From the NCBI GenBank assembly GCA_963842945.1, contig CAWJIM010000024.1, positions 1 through 64,000 on the forward strand: a DNA stretch of 64,000 nt, in the 5' to 3' direction. This DNA comes from an uncultured Gemmatimonadales bacterium (GTDB lineage Bacteria > Gemmatimonadota > Gemmatimonadetes > Gemmatimonadales > GWC2-71-9). This document shows positions 9,769-20,590 of the stretch, piece by piece. The notes below the pieces were generated by a model. That model saw only the letters and a list, made by a program, of their open reading frames with translations, had not been told where the DNA came from and did not search any database. A program made the position numbers and the translations under genes. The first letter of the stretch is position 1. The number at the start of each line of letters is the position of its first letter.

Positions 9769-12414
9769 ATGCCCTTCCCTCTGAGATCTGTCCGGCGCAC
9801 CGCCGGGGCCCTCGCCTGCCTCGGACTAGGACTGCTTACGCCCCGGCTCAGCGCTCAGATACCGCAGGTACCGCCGGGCCAGCAGCTGCCGACCCCGGAC
9901 CAGGCCCGGGACGCGCTTCAGAATCCTCAGGTGGTCGAACGGCTGCGGCAGAAATTGCTCGAGTCGGGGCTCACGCCCGACCAGGTGCGGGCTCGGCTCC
10001 GGGCCTCGGGGTATCCCGAGAATATGCTGGACGACTACCTCATGGGAGCGGACACGACGCGGCGGGTTCGGCCCGGTCCCCGCACGCTCGACGCGGTGCA
10101 GAGCCTTGGCATTCTGAGCGAGCAGGAAACTGATTCACTCCGGATTCAGGACTCGACTCTCGCCGTTTCCGACTCCCTTCAGCAAGTCCTCGACTCCCTC
10201 AAGCTCGTCCAGGCCGATTCCGCCCGCGCCGACTCTCTGGCCGATTCGCTCAGCGTGCTGCAGGGTCACGGCCTCAAGCTGTTTGGTCTGGAGACGTTTC
10301 GGCGAACCTCGACCCGGTTCCAGCCGGTGCAATCGGGTCCGGTGGACGAGAACTATCGGCTCGGCTCGGGCGACGTGCTGGTCCTGATCCTCACCGGCGA
10401 CGTGGAGGAGTCGTACACTCTGAACGTGACCCGCGAGGGGTTCATCGTCATTCCCCAGGTGGGCCAGGTGTACGTGGCCAATTTGACAATGGGCCAGCTG
10501 GAAGATCAGCTCTACAACCGGCTGCGCCGGGTGTATTCCGGGGTGCGTCGGAGTGCGAGCGCCACCACCAAGTTCCAGGTCTCGCTGGCCAAGCTCCGCA
10601 ATATCCAGGTGTTCGTCATCGGCGACGTGGTGCGCCCGGGCGCCTATCAGATCTCCGCCTCGGGTACGGTACTCAGCGCGCTTTACGCCGCCGGCGGGCC
10701 CAGCAGCAACGGCAGCTTTCGCAAGGTGGAGGTACGCCGGGCCGAGAAGCTGATGGCCGACCTCGACGTCTACGACTATCTGCTGCACGGCATCAACGAG
10801 AGCGAGACCCGGCTGCAAAACGGCGACGTGGTCTTCGTTCCGGTGCACAGCGGATTCGTCAAGATCGCCGGTGAGGTCACCCGTCCCGCGGTATACGAGA
10901 TGCTGCCCCAGGAGACCCTGCGCGACCTGATCGGGTTCGCCGGCGGCTTTGGTCCCGCCGCATACCAGACCCGGGTGCGGATTCACCGGATTCTGCCACA
11001 GGAGTCGCGCAGTGGATCCCGGGCCCGGGTGGTGGTGGATGTGGCGCCGGAGGAGATGGCCGGAGGAACCGCCCCGGCCGTGCCCATGTCGGCCGGCGAT
11101 TCGGTCACCGTGCTGTCGGTCGCCGATCGGCTGCGCGGGTACGTGACCGTGTCCGGCAACGTGTGGGTCGAGGGGCAGGTCGGATTCCAGCCGGGGATGA
11201 AGTTGAGCGAGGCGATCAAGCTGGCCGGGGGACCCAAGCCCGACGTGTATCTGGATCGGATTCTGGTCTCCCGCACCAACGACGACTCCAGCCGGATCCA
11301 GCTCCGTTCGTCGTTTGCGGACACCACGGGCAAGGTGAAGAACGATCTCGCCCTGCAGGAGCTGGACGAGATCCGGATCTTCTCCCGCTCCGCCTTTCTT
11401 CCCACCCGCTATGTGACGGTCACCGGAGCGGTGCGCCGCCCGGGCCGGGTGCCGTTTCGCGAAGGCATGACCATGCGGGATCTGGTGCTGCTGGCCGAAG
11501 GCGTCACCGAGGACGCCGATCTCCGGGAAGCGGAGATCGCGCGGCGGACTCAGAATGCCGATCCCGGATCGCTGGCGCAGACCATTCGAGTCCGGCTGGA
11601 TTCGACCGCGTTGGCCAGCGGAGGCACCGACGGAATCCCGCTGGCGCCGCCCCATCCCGGTGGCGCGGCTGGAGTCCCCGATGTGGCACTTCAGCCCTAC
11701 GACAACGTGCTGATCATGCGCCGGCCCGGCTGGGAAACCCAGCGCCTGGTGTACCTGACGGGCCAGGTGAAGCATCCCGGCCGCTACGCCCTCCGCACCA
11801 AGACCGAGCGTCTGCGCGATCTGATCACCCGGGCCGGGGGCCTGACCGGTGAGGCCTATGCCGGGGGGATCCAGTTCTACCGCACCTATCAGAAGGGCTT
11901 TCAGCCGTCCGATGACCAGCCGCCCCGGCTGGATCAGCCGCCGGCGCCCTCTCATGATTCCCTGCCCCACGGCTACAACGAGCGGGTGGGCATCGATCTT
12001 CCCCGGGTGCTGAAGGATGCGGACGCGCGAGACAACGTGATCCTCGCCGGCGGCGACTCGGTTCACATTCCGGAGTACAACCCCATCATCATGGTGCAGG
12101 GCGCGGTCAACTCTCCCGGCGCAGTGCCCTATACGCCGGGGAAATCGCTCGACTGGTATGTCGATGCGGCCGGCGGCTACACCCAGCTGAGCGACAGCAA
12201 ACATTCGTACGTCACCCAGGCCAACGGGAAGCGCCAGGGCGTCAACCGGCGGGCCATTCTTCCCGACAAGGTGCCGCACCCTGAGCCCGGCGCCGTGGTG
12301 TTCGTGCCGGCCAAGCGGGTGCAGGATCAGCCCAGCAATACGGTCGGCGTGATCGCCACCATCGCGCAGCTCATGGCGGCATTGGTGACGGTGGTTGTGG
12401 TGGCCAAACAGTGA
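9769..12414 (+). CDS. Polysaccharide export (OPX/Wza-like) protein with multiple SLBB domains
   Basis: YRLGSGDVL poly-export motif, repeated V.G.V..PG / AGG SLBB units, hydrophobic C-terminal helix. Confidence 0.9.
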   Translation: MPFPLRSVRRTAGALACLGLGLLTPRLSAQIPQVPPGQQLPTPDQARDALQNPQVVERLRQKLLESGLTPDQVRARLRASGYPENMLDDYLMGADTTRRVRPGPRTLDAVQSLGILSEQETDSLRIQDSTLAVSDSLQQVLDSLKLVQADSARADSLADSLSVLQGHGLKLFGLETFRRTSTRFQPVQSGPVDENYRLGSGDVLVLILTGDVEESYTLNVTREGFIVIPQVGQVYVANLTMGQLEDQLYNRLRRVYSGVRRSASATTKFQVSLAKLRNIQVFVIGDVVRPGAYQISASGTVLSALYAAGGPSSNGSFRKVEVRRAEKLMADLDVYDYLLHGINESETRLQNGDVVFVPVHSGFVKIAGEVTRPAVYEMLPQETLRDLIGFAGGFGPAAYQTRVRIHRILPQESRSGSRARVVVDVAPEEMAGGTAPAVPMSAGDSVTVLSVADRLRGYVTVSGNVWVEGQVGFQPGMKLSEAIKLAGGPKPDVYLDRILVSRTNDDSSRIQLRSSFADTTGKVKNDLALQELDEIRIFSRSAFLPTRYVTVTGAVRRPGRVPFREGMTMRDLVLLAEGVTEDADLREAEIARRTQNADPGSLAQTIRVRLDSTALASGGTDGIPLAPPHPGGAAGVPDVALQPYDNVLIMRRPGWETQRLVYLTGQVKHPGRYALRTKTERLRDLITRAGGLTGEAYAGGIQFYRTYQKGFQPSDDQPPRLDQPPAPSHDSLPHGYNERVGIDLPRVLKDADARDNVILAGGDSVHIPEYNPIIMVQGAVNSPGAVPYTPGKSLDWYVDAAGGYTQLSDSKHSYVTQANGKRQGVNRRAILPDKVPHPEPGAVVFVPAKRVQDQPSNTVGVIATIAQLMAALVTVVVVAKQ

Positions 12415-13436
12415 CGGCCGAATCAGACATCTCGCTATTTGAGCTGCTCACGCCGCTGGTGCGGCGGTGGAAGCTGATCGCGGCCACCGCCCTCACCTGC
12501 GCTTTCCTCGCGGCCCTGTTCCTCCTCCTGCAGCGGCGCAGCTATACGGCCACCACCTCGTTTACGCCGGAGAATTCGTCCAACTCCGGGCTGATGAGCA
12601 ATCTGGTAGGACTTGCCGGGCTTGCCGGTCAGCTGGGACTGGCCTCCGGCAGCTCCAGCAGCGTGTCGCCCGAGTTCTTCGTGCGCCTGGTTCACAGCGA
12701 GGAGGTGCTCCGGCCCACGCTGCTCACCGAGTTCCGGACCGATTCGGTCTCCGCTGCCCGCCCGCTTCTGGGGATCCTCGAAGTGCCCGGCCGTACTCGC
12801 GAGGAGCAGCTGCAGACCGGAGTGCAGATCCTCCGCAAGCGAACCGAGGCCACGACGGATAAGGCGACCGGCATTGTCACCCTCAAGGTGACGCTGCAGT
12901 CCCCCCGTCTCGCGGCCGGTGTCGCCAACCACCTGGTCGAGCTGATCAACAAGTTCAATCTGGAGAGCCGCCAGAGCCAGTCTCGGGAGCAACGCCGCTT
13001 CTCCGGCGAGCGTCTGACGGTGGCTGAGCAGGAGCTTCGCGCCGCCGAACAGGCGCAGCTCGCATTCTTGCAGCGCAACCGGCAGTACATGGATTCGCCG
13101 CTGCTCACATTCGAGTACAGCCGGCTGAACCGGCAGGTGCAGCTGCGGCAAGAGGTCTACCAGACCCTCACCAAAGCCCACGAAGAGGCCCGCATCGCGG
13201 AGGTGCGGGACACTCCGGTGCTCACGGTCATCGACTCGGCGCTGGCGCCGGTCAGACCCAGCGGTCCTCACCGAATTCTGGGCACCCTGGTGGCCCTGAT
13301 CTTCGGCGGGGCACTGGGAGTGTCACTGGCCTACGTGGCCGCGGCTCGGGCCCGGGCACGGCGGTCTCCCACCCCGGACTATGTGGCCTTCCGCGAAGCG
13401 TGGGAGGGGGCTCGCGCAGCCTCTCCTCGGAGCTGA
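12411..13436 (+). CDS. Wzz-like polysaccharide co-polymerase (GNVR domain)
   Basis: Two TM helices flanking a coiled coil; VIDSALAPVRPSGP motif before TM2; no kinase domain. Confidence 0.85.
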   Translation: MTAESDISLFELLTPLVRRWKLIAATALTCAFLAALFLLLQRRSYTATTSFTPENSSNSGLMSNLVGLAGLAGQLGLASGSSSSVSPEFFVRLVHSEEVLRPTLLTEFRTDSVSAARPLLGILEVPGRTREEQLQTGVQILRKRTEATTDKATGIVTLKVTLQSPRLAAGVANHLVELINKFNLESRQSQSREQRRFSGERLTVAEQELRAAEQAQLAFLQRNRQYMDSPLLTFEYSRLNRQVQLRQEVYQTLTKAHEEARIAEVRDTPVLTVIDSALAPVRPSGPHRILGTLVALIFGGALGVSLAYVAAARARARRSPTPDYVAFREAWEGARAASPRS

Positions 13437-13446
13437 GAGGCGTCCG

Positions 13447-14751
13447 GTGATTGGGTTCGTCGCAGCGCTGGCGGCCCTGCTCTATTGCTTCGTCTGGCTG
13501 CGACCGCCCGAGCTGGGTGGCGTGGTGCTGCCGCTCCAGCGGGTACTCGGCTGGACCGCCCTCACACTTCTGCTGGTTCGTCTGCTGATCAAGGGTCCGC
13601 TGCTGGCACGGGCGGCGGCGCGGAGCTACCTCTGGTGGGTCGCGGCCTTCGGCGCCTTTCTCCTACTGATGTTCGTTCGGCAGCTCGCCTACGGGGAGAC
13701 CTTCTTCCCCCTCTATTTCGTGATGGATCTCTCCAAGTACGCGGCCGCCTTCGCCGTGGCGTATCTCTGCTATTACGCCTTGGCTGCGGGCCTGGTCCCG
13801 GAGAACCGCATGGTCCGCTTCATGGTCTACTCCGGGGTAGCCGCCACCGTACTGGTGTATGTCTTTCTGGCCCTGTACTTCGCCGGATTCCGGACGGAAA
13901 ATCAGCTGATCGCCCCGAGCTTCGGCGGCGCGCTGGGAGTGTGGCCAACTGATGCGTTCCTTCCCCGGCTGGCCGGTCCCACCGCCGAGCCGCAGCAGCT
14001 GTCGGTGGCGCTGCTGACGCCGCTATTGCTGATGCTTTCTCCCCGGCATCTCCGACGCTTCTGGCCTGCCGGTCTGCTCGACTGCCGCTGCACTGCTGCT
14101 GTCTCAGTCGAAGTTCGCCCTGATATCGCTACTGGTAGTGGGGCTGTACCTCATGCTGGTGTACCCCCGGGCCAGGGTTCCGTTGGGACTGGCGGGTCTG
14201 GTCACAATTCCGATCGTGGGAGCCCTTCTGCTCCGGCTGCCCACCCTGCGGGATACACTGCAGTCCGGACTCTCGGCTGGGGCCTTTGTCGAGCGGCTGG
14301 GGAATCTCCTCCTTCTCGTGGGCATCATCCGGGAACACCCGTTTGTCGGGATCGGAGCGGGCCACTACGGGGTATACCGCGGCCAGGTGGTCTTTGGCGA
14401 CCCGATGTACTACCCGGGATACACGCCGAACATGGATTTCCTCAAGGTGTTCGCCGAGACTGGGGTGCTGGGCTTCGTCCTGCTGCTTCTGTTGCTGGGG
14501 TTCCTGGTGCGGCGCTTCGTTCAGAGTTATCAAATGGTGCCGGCCGAGACGCGGCCAACCTACCTCGCGCTGCTCCTCGGCGCACTCACCATCATGCTCA
14601 ACATGAGCATCGGATACGAGCTGCTCCACGCCTTCTTCTGGATCAATGTCGGCATGCTGCTGTACTATGTGGACTGGTCGGGAGTCGAGCAACCAGGATG
14701 CTGCACGACAACCGCGCCAGCTGGAGCGCGGCGCCTGCCGGTGAAGCATGA
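13447..14751 (+). CDS. O-antigen ligase/Wzy polymerase family membrane protein; indel(s) near 14080 and probably near the 3' end
   Basis: Multi-TM; RLAGPTAEP, HPFVGIGAGHY, N.DFLKVFAETGVLG across two frames. Confidence 0.75.
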   Translation: MIGFVAALAALLYCFVWLRPPELGGVVLPLQRVLGWTALTLLLVRLLIKGPLLARAAARSYLWWVAAFGAFLLLMFVRQLAYGETFFPLYFVMDLSKYAAAFAVAYLCYYALAAGLVPENRMVRFMVYSGVAATVLVYVFLALYFAGFRTENQLIAPSFGGALGVWPTDAFLPRLAGPTAEPQQLSVALLTPLLLMLSPRHLRRFWPAGLLDCRCTAAVSVEVRPDIATGSGAVPHAGVPPGQGSVGTGGSGHNSDRGSPSAPAAHPAGYTAVRTLGWGLCRAAGESPPSRGHHPGTPVCRDRSGPLRGIPRPGGLWRPDVLPGIHAEHGFPQGVRRDWGAGLRPAASVAGVPGAALRSELSNGAGRDAANLPRAAPRRTHHHAQHEHRIRAAPRLLLDQCRHAAVLCGLVGSRATRMLHDNRASWSAAPAGEA

Positions 14752-15827
14752 GGCTGATCGACATCAACGCGCGCTTCCTGACACAGGCAACCACCGGCGT
14801 ACAGCGAGTTGCGGAGCAGCTGGTGCGCGCGCTCGATCGCGAGCTCAGGGCCAGCTCCGAGTTGCGAAAGCGATACTCCTTCCGATTAGTGGCACCGGCG
14901 GGAGAACGACGGCAAATCGCTCTTGATCACATCAGCACAGTCGAGGTCGGTCGCCTTCGCGGTCAACAGTGGGAGCAGCTGGAGCTGCCCGCCTACACCG
15001 CGGGCCGCCTGCTGCTCAATCTCTGTAATACCGCGCCGGTCGGGGTTCGATCCATTGTCGTCATCCACGACGCATCCGTCTTTGCGATTCCCCAGGCTTA
15101 TTCTCCGGCCTTTCGTTCCTGGTATCGCCTCCTTATCCCGCTGCTGGGCCGCCGGGCGCTCCGGGTAATCACGGACTCCCAGTTCTCCCGGGAGGAGCTG
15201 TCGCGCCGTGCCGGCATTCCCCACGACAAGCTTGATGTTTTGCCACTGGGAGCGGATCACGTCCTTCACTCCCCTGCCGACAAGGGAGTGTTTCACCGAC
15301 TCCCGGTTGGGCCGGGACGATACATTCTGGCGGTAGGAAGCCGAAGCCCTCACAAGAATCTTGGAGCCTTGGTTGCCGCCGTGGCCGCACTGGGCGTGAA
15401 GCACCTCCCTCTGGTTCTGGCCGGCGGAACCAATGCTCGGGTCTTTGCCGCGTCGGCTCGGAGTGAGAGTAATATCGACGCCGGTTACGTGACCGACGGG
15501 GAGCTTCGGGCGCTCTACGAGAACGCCATGTGCTTTGTCTTCCCTTCTCTCTATGAGGGTTTCGGGTTGCCTCCGCTCGAGGCCATGTTGTGCGGCTGCC
15601 CGGCACTCGTCAGCAACGCGGGCCCGCTACCGGAAGTGTGCGGCAGCGGTGCGCGCTACTGCAACCCGCGGGATCCTGACGATATCGCGAGGGGCATTCG
15701 GGAGATCGTCGCCGAGCCCGGGAGGCGAGAGCAGCAGGTGCGGGCGGGAGCTGCGCGGGCCCGGGAGTTCACCTGGCAACGCAGCGTGCACGAACTGCTC
15801 GCCATTCTCGACCGGACCCCGGCGTGA
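14748..15827 (+). CDS. Glycosyltransferase family 4 (MtfB-like)
   Basis: TGVQR, VGSRSPHKN, FPSLYEGFGLPPLEAM. Confidence 0.92.
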   Translation: MRLIDINARFLTQATTGVQRVAEQLVRALDRELRASSELRKRYSFRLVAPAGERRQIALDHISTVEVGRLRGQQWEQLELPAYTAGRLLLNLCNTAPVGVRSIVVIHDASVFAIPQAYSPAFRSWYRLLIPLLGRRALRVITDSQFSREELSRRAGIPHDKLDVLPLGADHVLHSPADKGVFHRLPVGPGRYILAVGSRSPHKNLGALVAAVAALGVKHLPLVLAGGTNARVFAASARSESNIDAGYVTDGELRALYENAMCFVFPSLYEGFGLPPLEAMLCGCPALVSNAGPLPEVCGSGARYCNPRDPDDIARGIREIVAEPGRREQQVRAGAARAREFTWQRSVHELLAILDRTPA

Positions 15828-16980
15828 GAGTCGCCGTCGTGCACGACTGGCTGGTGACCTATGCCGGTGCCGAACGGGTGCTGGAACAAATGCTGGCCGT
15901 CTACCCCGAGGCGGACGTGTTCAGCCTGATCGATTTCGTTCCGCCAGCGGAGCGTGCATTCCTGGGGGGCAGAAAGGTGCGGACATCTTTCCTTCAACAG
16001 CATTCCCGGGCATGGCCGGGCGGTACCGAAGCTTCCTTCCTCTCATGCCGCTGGCCATAGAGCAGCTGGATCTCTCCGGCTACGACTTGGTGCTGTCGAG
16101 CTCCTACGCCGTTGCGAAAGGAGTGCTTACCGGGCCGGATCAGTTGCATCTCTGTTACTGCTATTCGCCGATGCGCTACGCCTGGGATCTGCAGCATCAA
16201 TACCTCCGCGAGACCGGGCTGGATCGGGGCCTCAAGGGAGCCCTGGCCCGGTGGACCCTGCATCGCATGCGGCTCTGGGACGTTCGGAGCTCCAACGGCG
16301 TTGACAGGTTCATCGCAATATCCCGCTACATCGCCCGGCGGATCTGGAGGGCATATCGCCGGAAGTCCACCGTGATCTACCCGCCCGTTGACGTGGAGGC
16401 CTTCACGCCGGGCGGAGCCCGCGGCGATTTCTATGTCACCGCTTCTCGCATGGTGCCCTACAAGCGGATGGATCTGATCGTAGACGCGTTCGCCGCCATG
16501 CCGGAGCGGCGCCTGGTGGTGATCGGCGATGGGCCCGAGGCCGGCCGGATTCGGGCTCGAGGAGCGGCCAATATCGAGCTTCTTGGTCACCAGCCGTTCG
16601 AGGTGCTGCGCGACCGGCTTCGCCGCGCTCGGGCCTTCGTATTCGCCGCGGAGGAGGACTTCGGCATCGCGCCCCTGGAGGCACAGGCCTGCGGCACGCC
16701 CGTTATCGCCTACGGCAAGGGCGGCGCACTCGAGACGATACGCCCGATCGGCGAGGCCGCGCCCACCGGGCTCTTCTTCGAGGAGCAGACAGTGGAATCG
16801 CTGCGGGACGCGGTCCGTCGGTTCGAGCGGGAGAGTAGTCTCATCGGCAGCGACGCGTGCCGGCAGAACGCCCTGGAATTCGGCGCCGAGCGGTTCCGGG
16901 AGCAGCTCCGCGCCTACGTTCGACGGCGATGGCGTCAGGCCGAATCCCGCCGCAGGGCCCGGCTGTTCACATCGCCGTGA
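15824..16980 (+). CDS. Glycosyltransferase family 4 (WbaZ-like); indel near 16000
   Basis: VAVVHDWL..YAGAERVL, SPMRYAWD, SRMVPYKR, EEDFGIAPLEAQACG. Confidence 0.9.
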
Positions 16981-18515
16981 CCTCAACTCCACACGCGCCC
17001 CTCTCCCTGGGCACCCGCTTTGTGAGGGGCGCCTGGTGGTCCCTCGTGGGAATGGGGGCCGCGCAGGGCCTGGCGGTGCTCGCGTCCATCGTCACCGCCC
17101 GACTGCTCGGGAAGGTGACCTTCGGCGAGTTTGGGATGGTGACCGGCACCGTCGGCGCATTCGGCATGCTGGCCGGTCTCGGCCTGGGACTCACCGCAAC
17201 CAAGTTCGTGGCCGAACGCCGGGTCACCGATCCGGTTCGCGCCGGTCACATTCTGGGGCTGGTCGTTCAGGTGGCATTGATCTCCGGGGGCGCGGTGGCA
17301 CTCATCCTCTTTGCCATCGCGCCCTGGCTCGCGGCAAAAACTTTGAACGCGCCCCAGTTGACCGACGAGCTCCGGGTGGGGTGCCTGCTCCTCTTTCTCA
17401 ACACCATGGATGGCGTGCAGACCGGCTCGCTCGCCGGGCTGGAAGCCTTCAAGGCAACCACCCGGGTGAGCATCATTCGGGGACTTCTCACGTTCCCTTT
17501 GTTGATTGCCGGCGTCTGGTTTTTCGGCTTGATGGGCGCTGTGGTAGCGAGCGTCCTTGTGGGCGCCACCGGCTGGTGGCTCAGCCAGAGCGCGCTCAGG
17601 AGCGAGTGCGCCCGGGCTGGAGTGCCCATCACCTATCGCGGAGCTGGAGCCGACTTTCCGATCCTCTGGTCGTTCTCACTGCCCGCCTTGCTCAGCGCTC
17701 TGGTTGTCGCACCGGTGATGTGGCTGGCCAACGCCGTGCTGGCGCATCAACCCGGCGGTTACGGTGAGCTGGGCCTGTTCAACGCCGCCAACCAGTGGCG
17801 TCTGGCCCTGCTGTTACTTCCCTCCGTCCTGATCCGGGTTGCCCTTCCCTTGATGGCCTCGTCGGTCCATCCCGAACGCTCCGGCGAATTCGGGAAGACT
17901 CTGGTTCTCACCCAAAGCCTCACCGTGGCCGTGGTGCTCCCTGCCGGCGCGCTCCTCATGTTCCTGGCCGACTTCATCATGGGACTCTACGGCCGGGAGT
18001 TCGTGCACGGTGCGCCGGTGCTGATCGGCGTGATCTGCAGCATCATGATCAGCAGTATCGGCACCGCCGCGGGTGCCGCCATCGAGGCACGGGGAAAGAT
18101 GTGGCGAGGTCTGGCTCTGAACCTCTCATGGGGACTGGTCCTGATCGCCATGGTCTGGTTTACCGTCGGTGACTATGGAGCGCGGGCACTCGCCTTCGGA
18201 TCGGCTATTGCCTACTTGGTGCTCAGCCTCTGGGGCTTTCTCTACGTGCGGGAGGATCTTCCGCCGGGAATGTTGCCCCGGCTCTTCCTGACCCTGGGAT
18301 TCATCCTCTGCCTGACCGTCGCATGCGTCGCTGTGCCCCCGCGAATGCGAGTCATCGCGGCGGTGCCGGTCGCGCTGCTCACCGGGTTTCTGACCCTGGA
18401 GCTTTTCGTGGATCCATCGGTCAGGCAGAACCTGTTCACCCGGGTGAGGTCACAGCTCCGGCTCCGCAGCGCCCGCTCGTCGGAGGAGGGCCGGAGAACG
18501 CCTGAGCAACTATGA
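16977..18515 (+). CDS. wzx: Oligosaccharide flippase (Wzx)
   Basis: Multi-TM MOP-type protein; ARLLGKVTFGEFG, GLGLTATKFVA; GTG start overlaps upstream stop. Confidence 0.85.
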   Translation: MTSTPHAPLSLGTRFVRGAWWSLVGMGAAQGLAVLASIVTARLLGKVTFGEFGMVTGTVGAFGMLAGLGLGLTATKFVAERRVTDPVRAGHILGLVVQVALISGGAVALILFAIAPWLAAKTLNAPQLTDELRVGCLLLFLNTMDGVQTGSLAGLEAFKATTRVSIIRGLLTFPLLIAGVWFFGLMGAVVASVLVGATGWWLSQSALRSECARAGVPITYRGAGADFPILWSFSLPALLSALVVAPVMWLANAVLAHQPGGYGELGLFNAANQWRLALLLLPSVLIRVALPLMASSVHPERSGEFGKTLVLTQSLTVAVVLPAGALLMFLADFIMGLYGREFVHGAPVLIGVICSIMISSIGTAAGAAIEARGKMWRGLALNLSWGLVLIAMVWFTVGDYGARALAFGSAIAYLVLSLWGFLYVREDLPPGMLPRLFLTLGFILCLTVACVAVPPRMRVIAAVPVALLTGFLTLELFVDPSVRQNLFTRVRSQLRLRSARSSEEGRRTPEQL

Positions 18516-19339
18516 GTGCAATGCATTACCCCTGTCCTGCGTGTGAGGCCTCCGCGGAGCCTGAGGCGGTGGAGCTGGCGGGATATCGGATGTATCGGTG
18601 TCCGCGGTGCGGACTGCGGTTTACGCCCGAAGCGTTTCACCAGACCGTGGATTACGACCGGGTGTACCAAAGCGCGGAATATGAGAGCGATCAGGTGCAG
18701 GCCGTTCAGGAGCTCGACGGAGCTCAACTGGGCCAACATCCGACGTACCGGGCATTCTTCGAGCAGGTGCAGCATTCGCCGGGAGCCAGGCTGCTGGACG
18801 TCGGCTGCGGTGTGGGACGGTTTGGCCTTGCGGCGCACGCCCGGGGGTGGGACGTCACTGGGGTCGACGTCTCGGAGCTGGCCATCGCGACCGGCCGAGC
18901 GCTGGCCCCCTTTCCCATGCGGGTCGCTGATATCGGAGATCTGGCCGATGAGGGCGAGCGATTCGAGGTGATCACCGCCTTCGAGGTGCTGGAACACCTG
19001 AGCTCGCCGGTAGAGTTTCTGCGGGAAAGCCAGCGGCTCTTGAAACCGGGTGGGCAGGCCTTCTTTACGGTGCCGAACTGGGAGTGCCCTACCGTGCAGA
19101 CCAGCACCCGACCAGACTGGCTGCCGCCGATTCACCTCCTCTACTTCAGCGAGCCGGCCCTTCGTCATACCGGAGAAATGGCGGGGTTCGTCCGAGTAAG
19201 AACTGGGCGTCATTCGGGCGGATCCCCTGCCGGCGGCGGCCGTACCCAGGCTGCGCTGGCTCGCCCGGCGGGTGCTGCTCCGGCCGCGCGAGCCTCTTGG
19301 CCTATGGCTCCATGGCTGGCTTCCCAACTAGCCTGCTAA
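18512..19339 (+). CDS. Class I SAM-dependent methyltransferase with N-terminal CxxC..CxxC
   Basis: CPAC/CPRC, LLDVGCGVG, FEVLEHL, PPIHLLYF. Confidence 0.88.
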   Translation: MSAMHYPCPACEASAEPEAVELAGYRMYRCPRCGLRFTPEAFHQTVDYDRVYQSAEYESDQVQAVQELDGAQLGQHPTYRAFFEQVQHSPGARLLDVGCGVGRFGLAAHARGWDVTGVDVSELAIATGRALAPFPMRVADIGDLADEGERFEVITAFEVLEHLSSPVEFLRESQRLLKPGGQAFFTVPNWECPTVQTSTRPDWLPPIHLLYFSEPALRHTGEMAGFVRVRTGRHSGGSPAGGGRTQAALARPAGAAPAARASWPMAPWLASQLAC

Positions 19340-20590
19340 TGGCAGAGCGAACGCGGATCGCCCTGGTTACCTACGCCATGCACTGCGGCGGAATGGAGTC
19401 GTTCCTGCTGCGGCTCGCGGGGTATCTTCGGGATCATGGTTATGAAGTGGAGCTCATCACCACTGTCGAGCCGGGCGAGTGGTTCGGCCGGCTCGCGGAA
19501 ATAAATGTCCCGGCCTACCACGTTGCCGGTTACCGCCGCTCAGGACCACTCAACCCCCTACAGCACACGCGGCGAGTGAGCGCGCGGCTGCGCGAGGGCC
19601 GGTACAACATCATCTTCCTGAACCATTCACGGCACGCCCAATCCGGCCTGGCCCGGCTAGCCGATGACGTAGTGGCCATTCCCATTCTGCACAACGACAA
19701 CGAGGAGATCTACCGGGTAGGATGCGGCAATCCGGAGGCCTGGAATGTGGCGGTGGCGGTAAGCCCCAAGGTGGCAAACACCGCTCAGCGCCGGGAACCC
19801 TCCCGGCCAATCCTGGAGATAACCTCGGGTGTGGAGCTGCCGGACGCAGCTCAGTGGCAAACCCGACGAGCCTGGAGCACGCCGCTGGAGCTGATCTTTA
19901 TCGGCCGGCTGGATCACGGGCAGAAGGGCGTCCTTTGGTTGCCCGCTATCTATCAGGCATGTCTCGATCGGGGTGTCGAGTGCCGGCTGACGATCGTGGG
20001 AGATGGACCGGATGCTCCACAGCTCCGCGGGCAACTCTCGAATCTTCGGACTGCTGGAGCGCACCCGGTTCCTCGAGGGTCTGACCCACCATCAAGTGTA
20101 CCGGTTGCTGCTCGACTCGCACGTGCTCCTGATGCCATCTCTCTATGAGGGCCTGCCGATCGCATTGCTGGAGAGTTTGGCCTGTGGCTGCGCTCCGGTG
20201 GTGAGCCGGCTGCCGGGCATTACCGACTACGCCATCAGTGAGGGTGAAAGCGGCCTCCTGGTGGATGTGGGCGACACCGCCGGTTTCGGCAGTGCAGTCG
20301 CAAGCCTGCATCAAGACCCGGCCCTATGGTCTCGCATGAGCCGTACGGCGCATGCCAGCGCTCAGTCGCGCTTCTCGGTCCAGGCCATGGGGAAATCCTA
20401 TCTGCGGCTGATCGAAGAGGCCCTCGAAGGCCGGTACCCGCTTCCCCGCTCTCGCAGATTCCAGCGGACATTCGACCCTGCCGTGTTTTCCTGGAGGGAT
20501 TTCGTGCCCGACTTGCTGCGGCGATACGGACAGCGCGGGCGTCTCTGGTGGAGAACCGAAAGCCCGTGGGCTTCGACGTTCAAGGCATAA
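19339..20590 (+). CDS. Glycosyltransferase family 4; indel near 20050
   Basis: GGMESF, FIGRLDHGQKG, MPSLYEGLPIALLESLACG. Confidence 0.88.
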
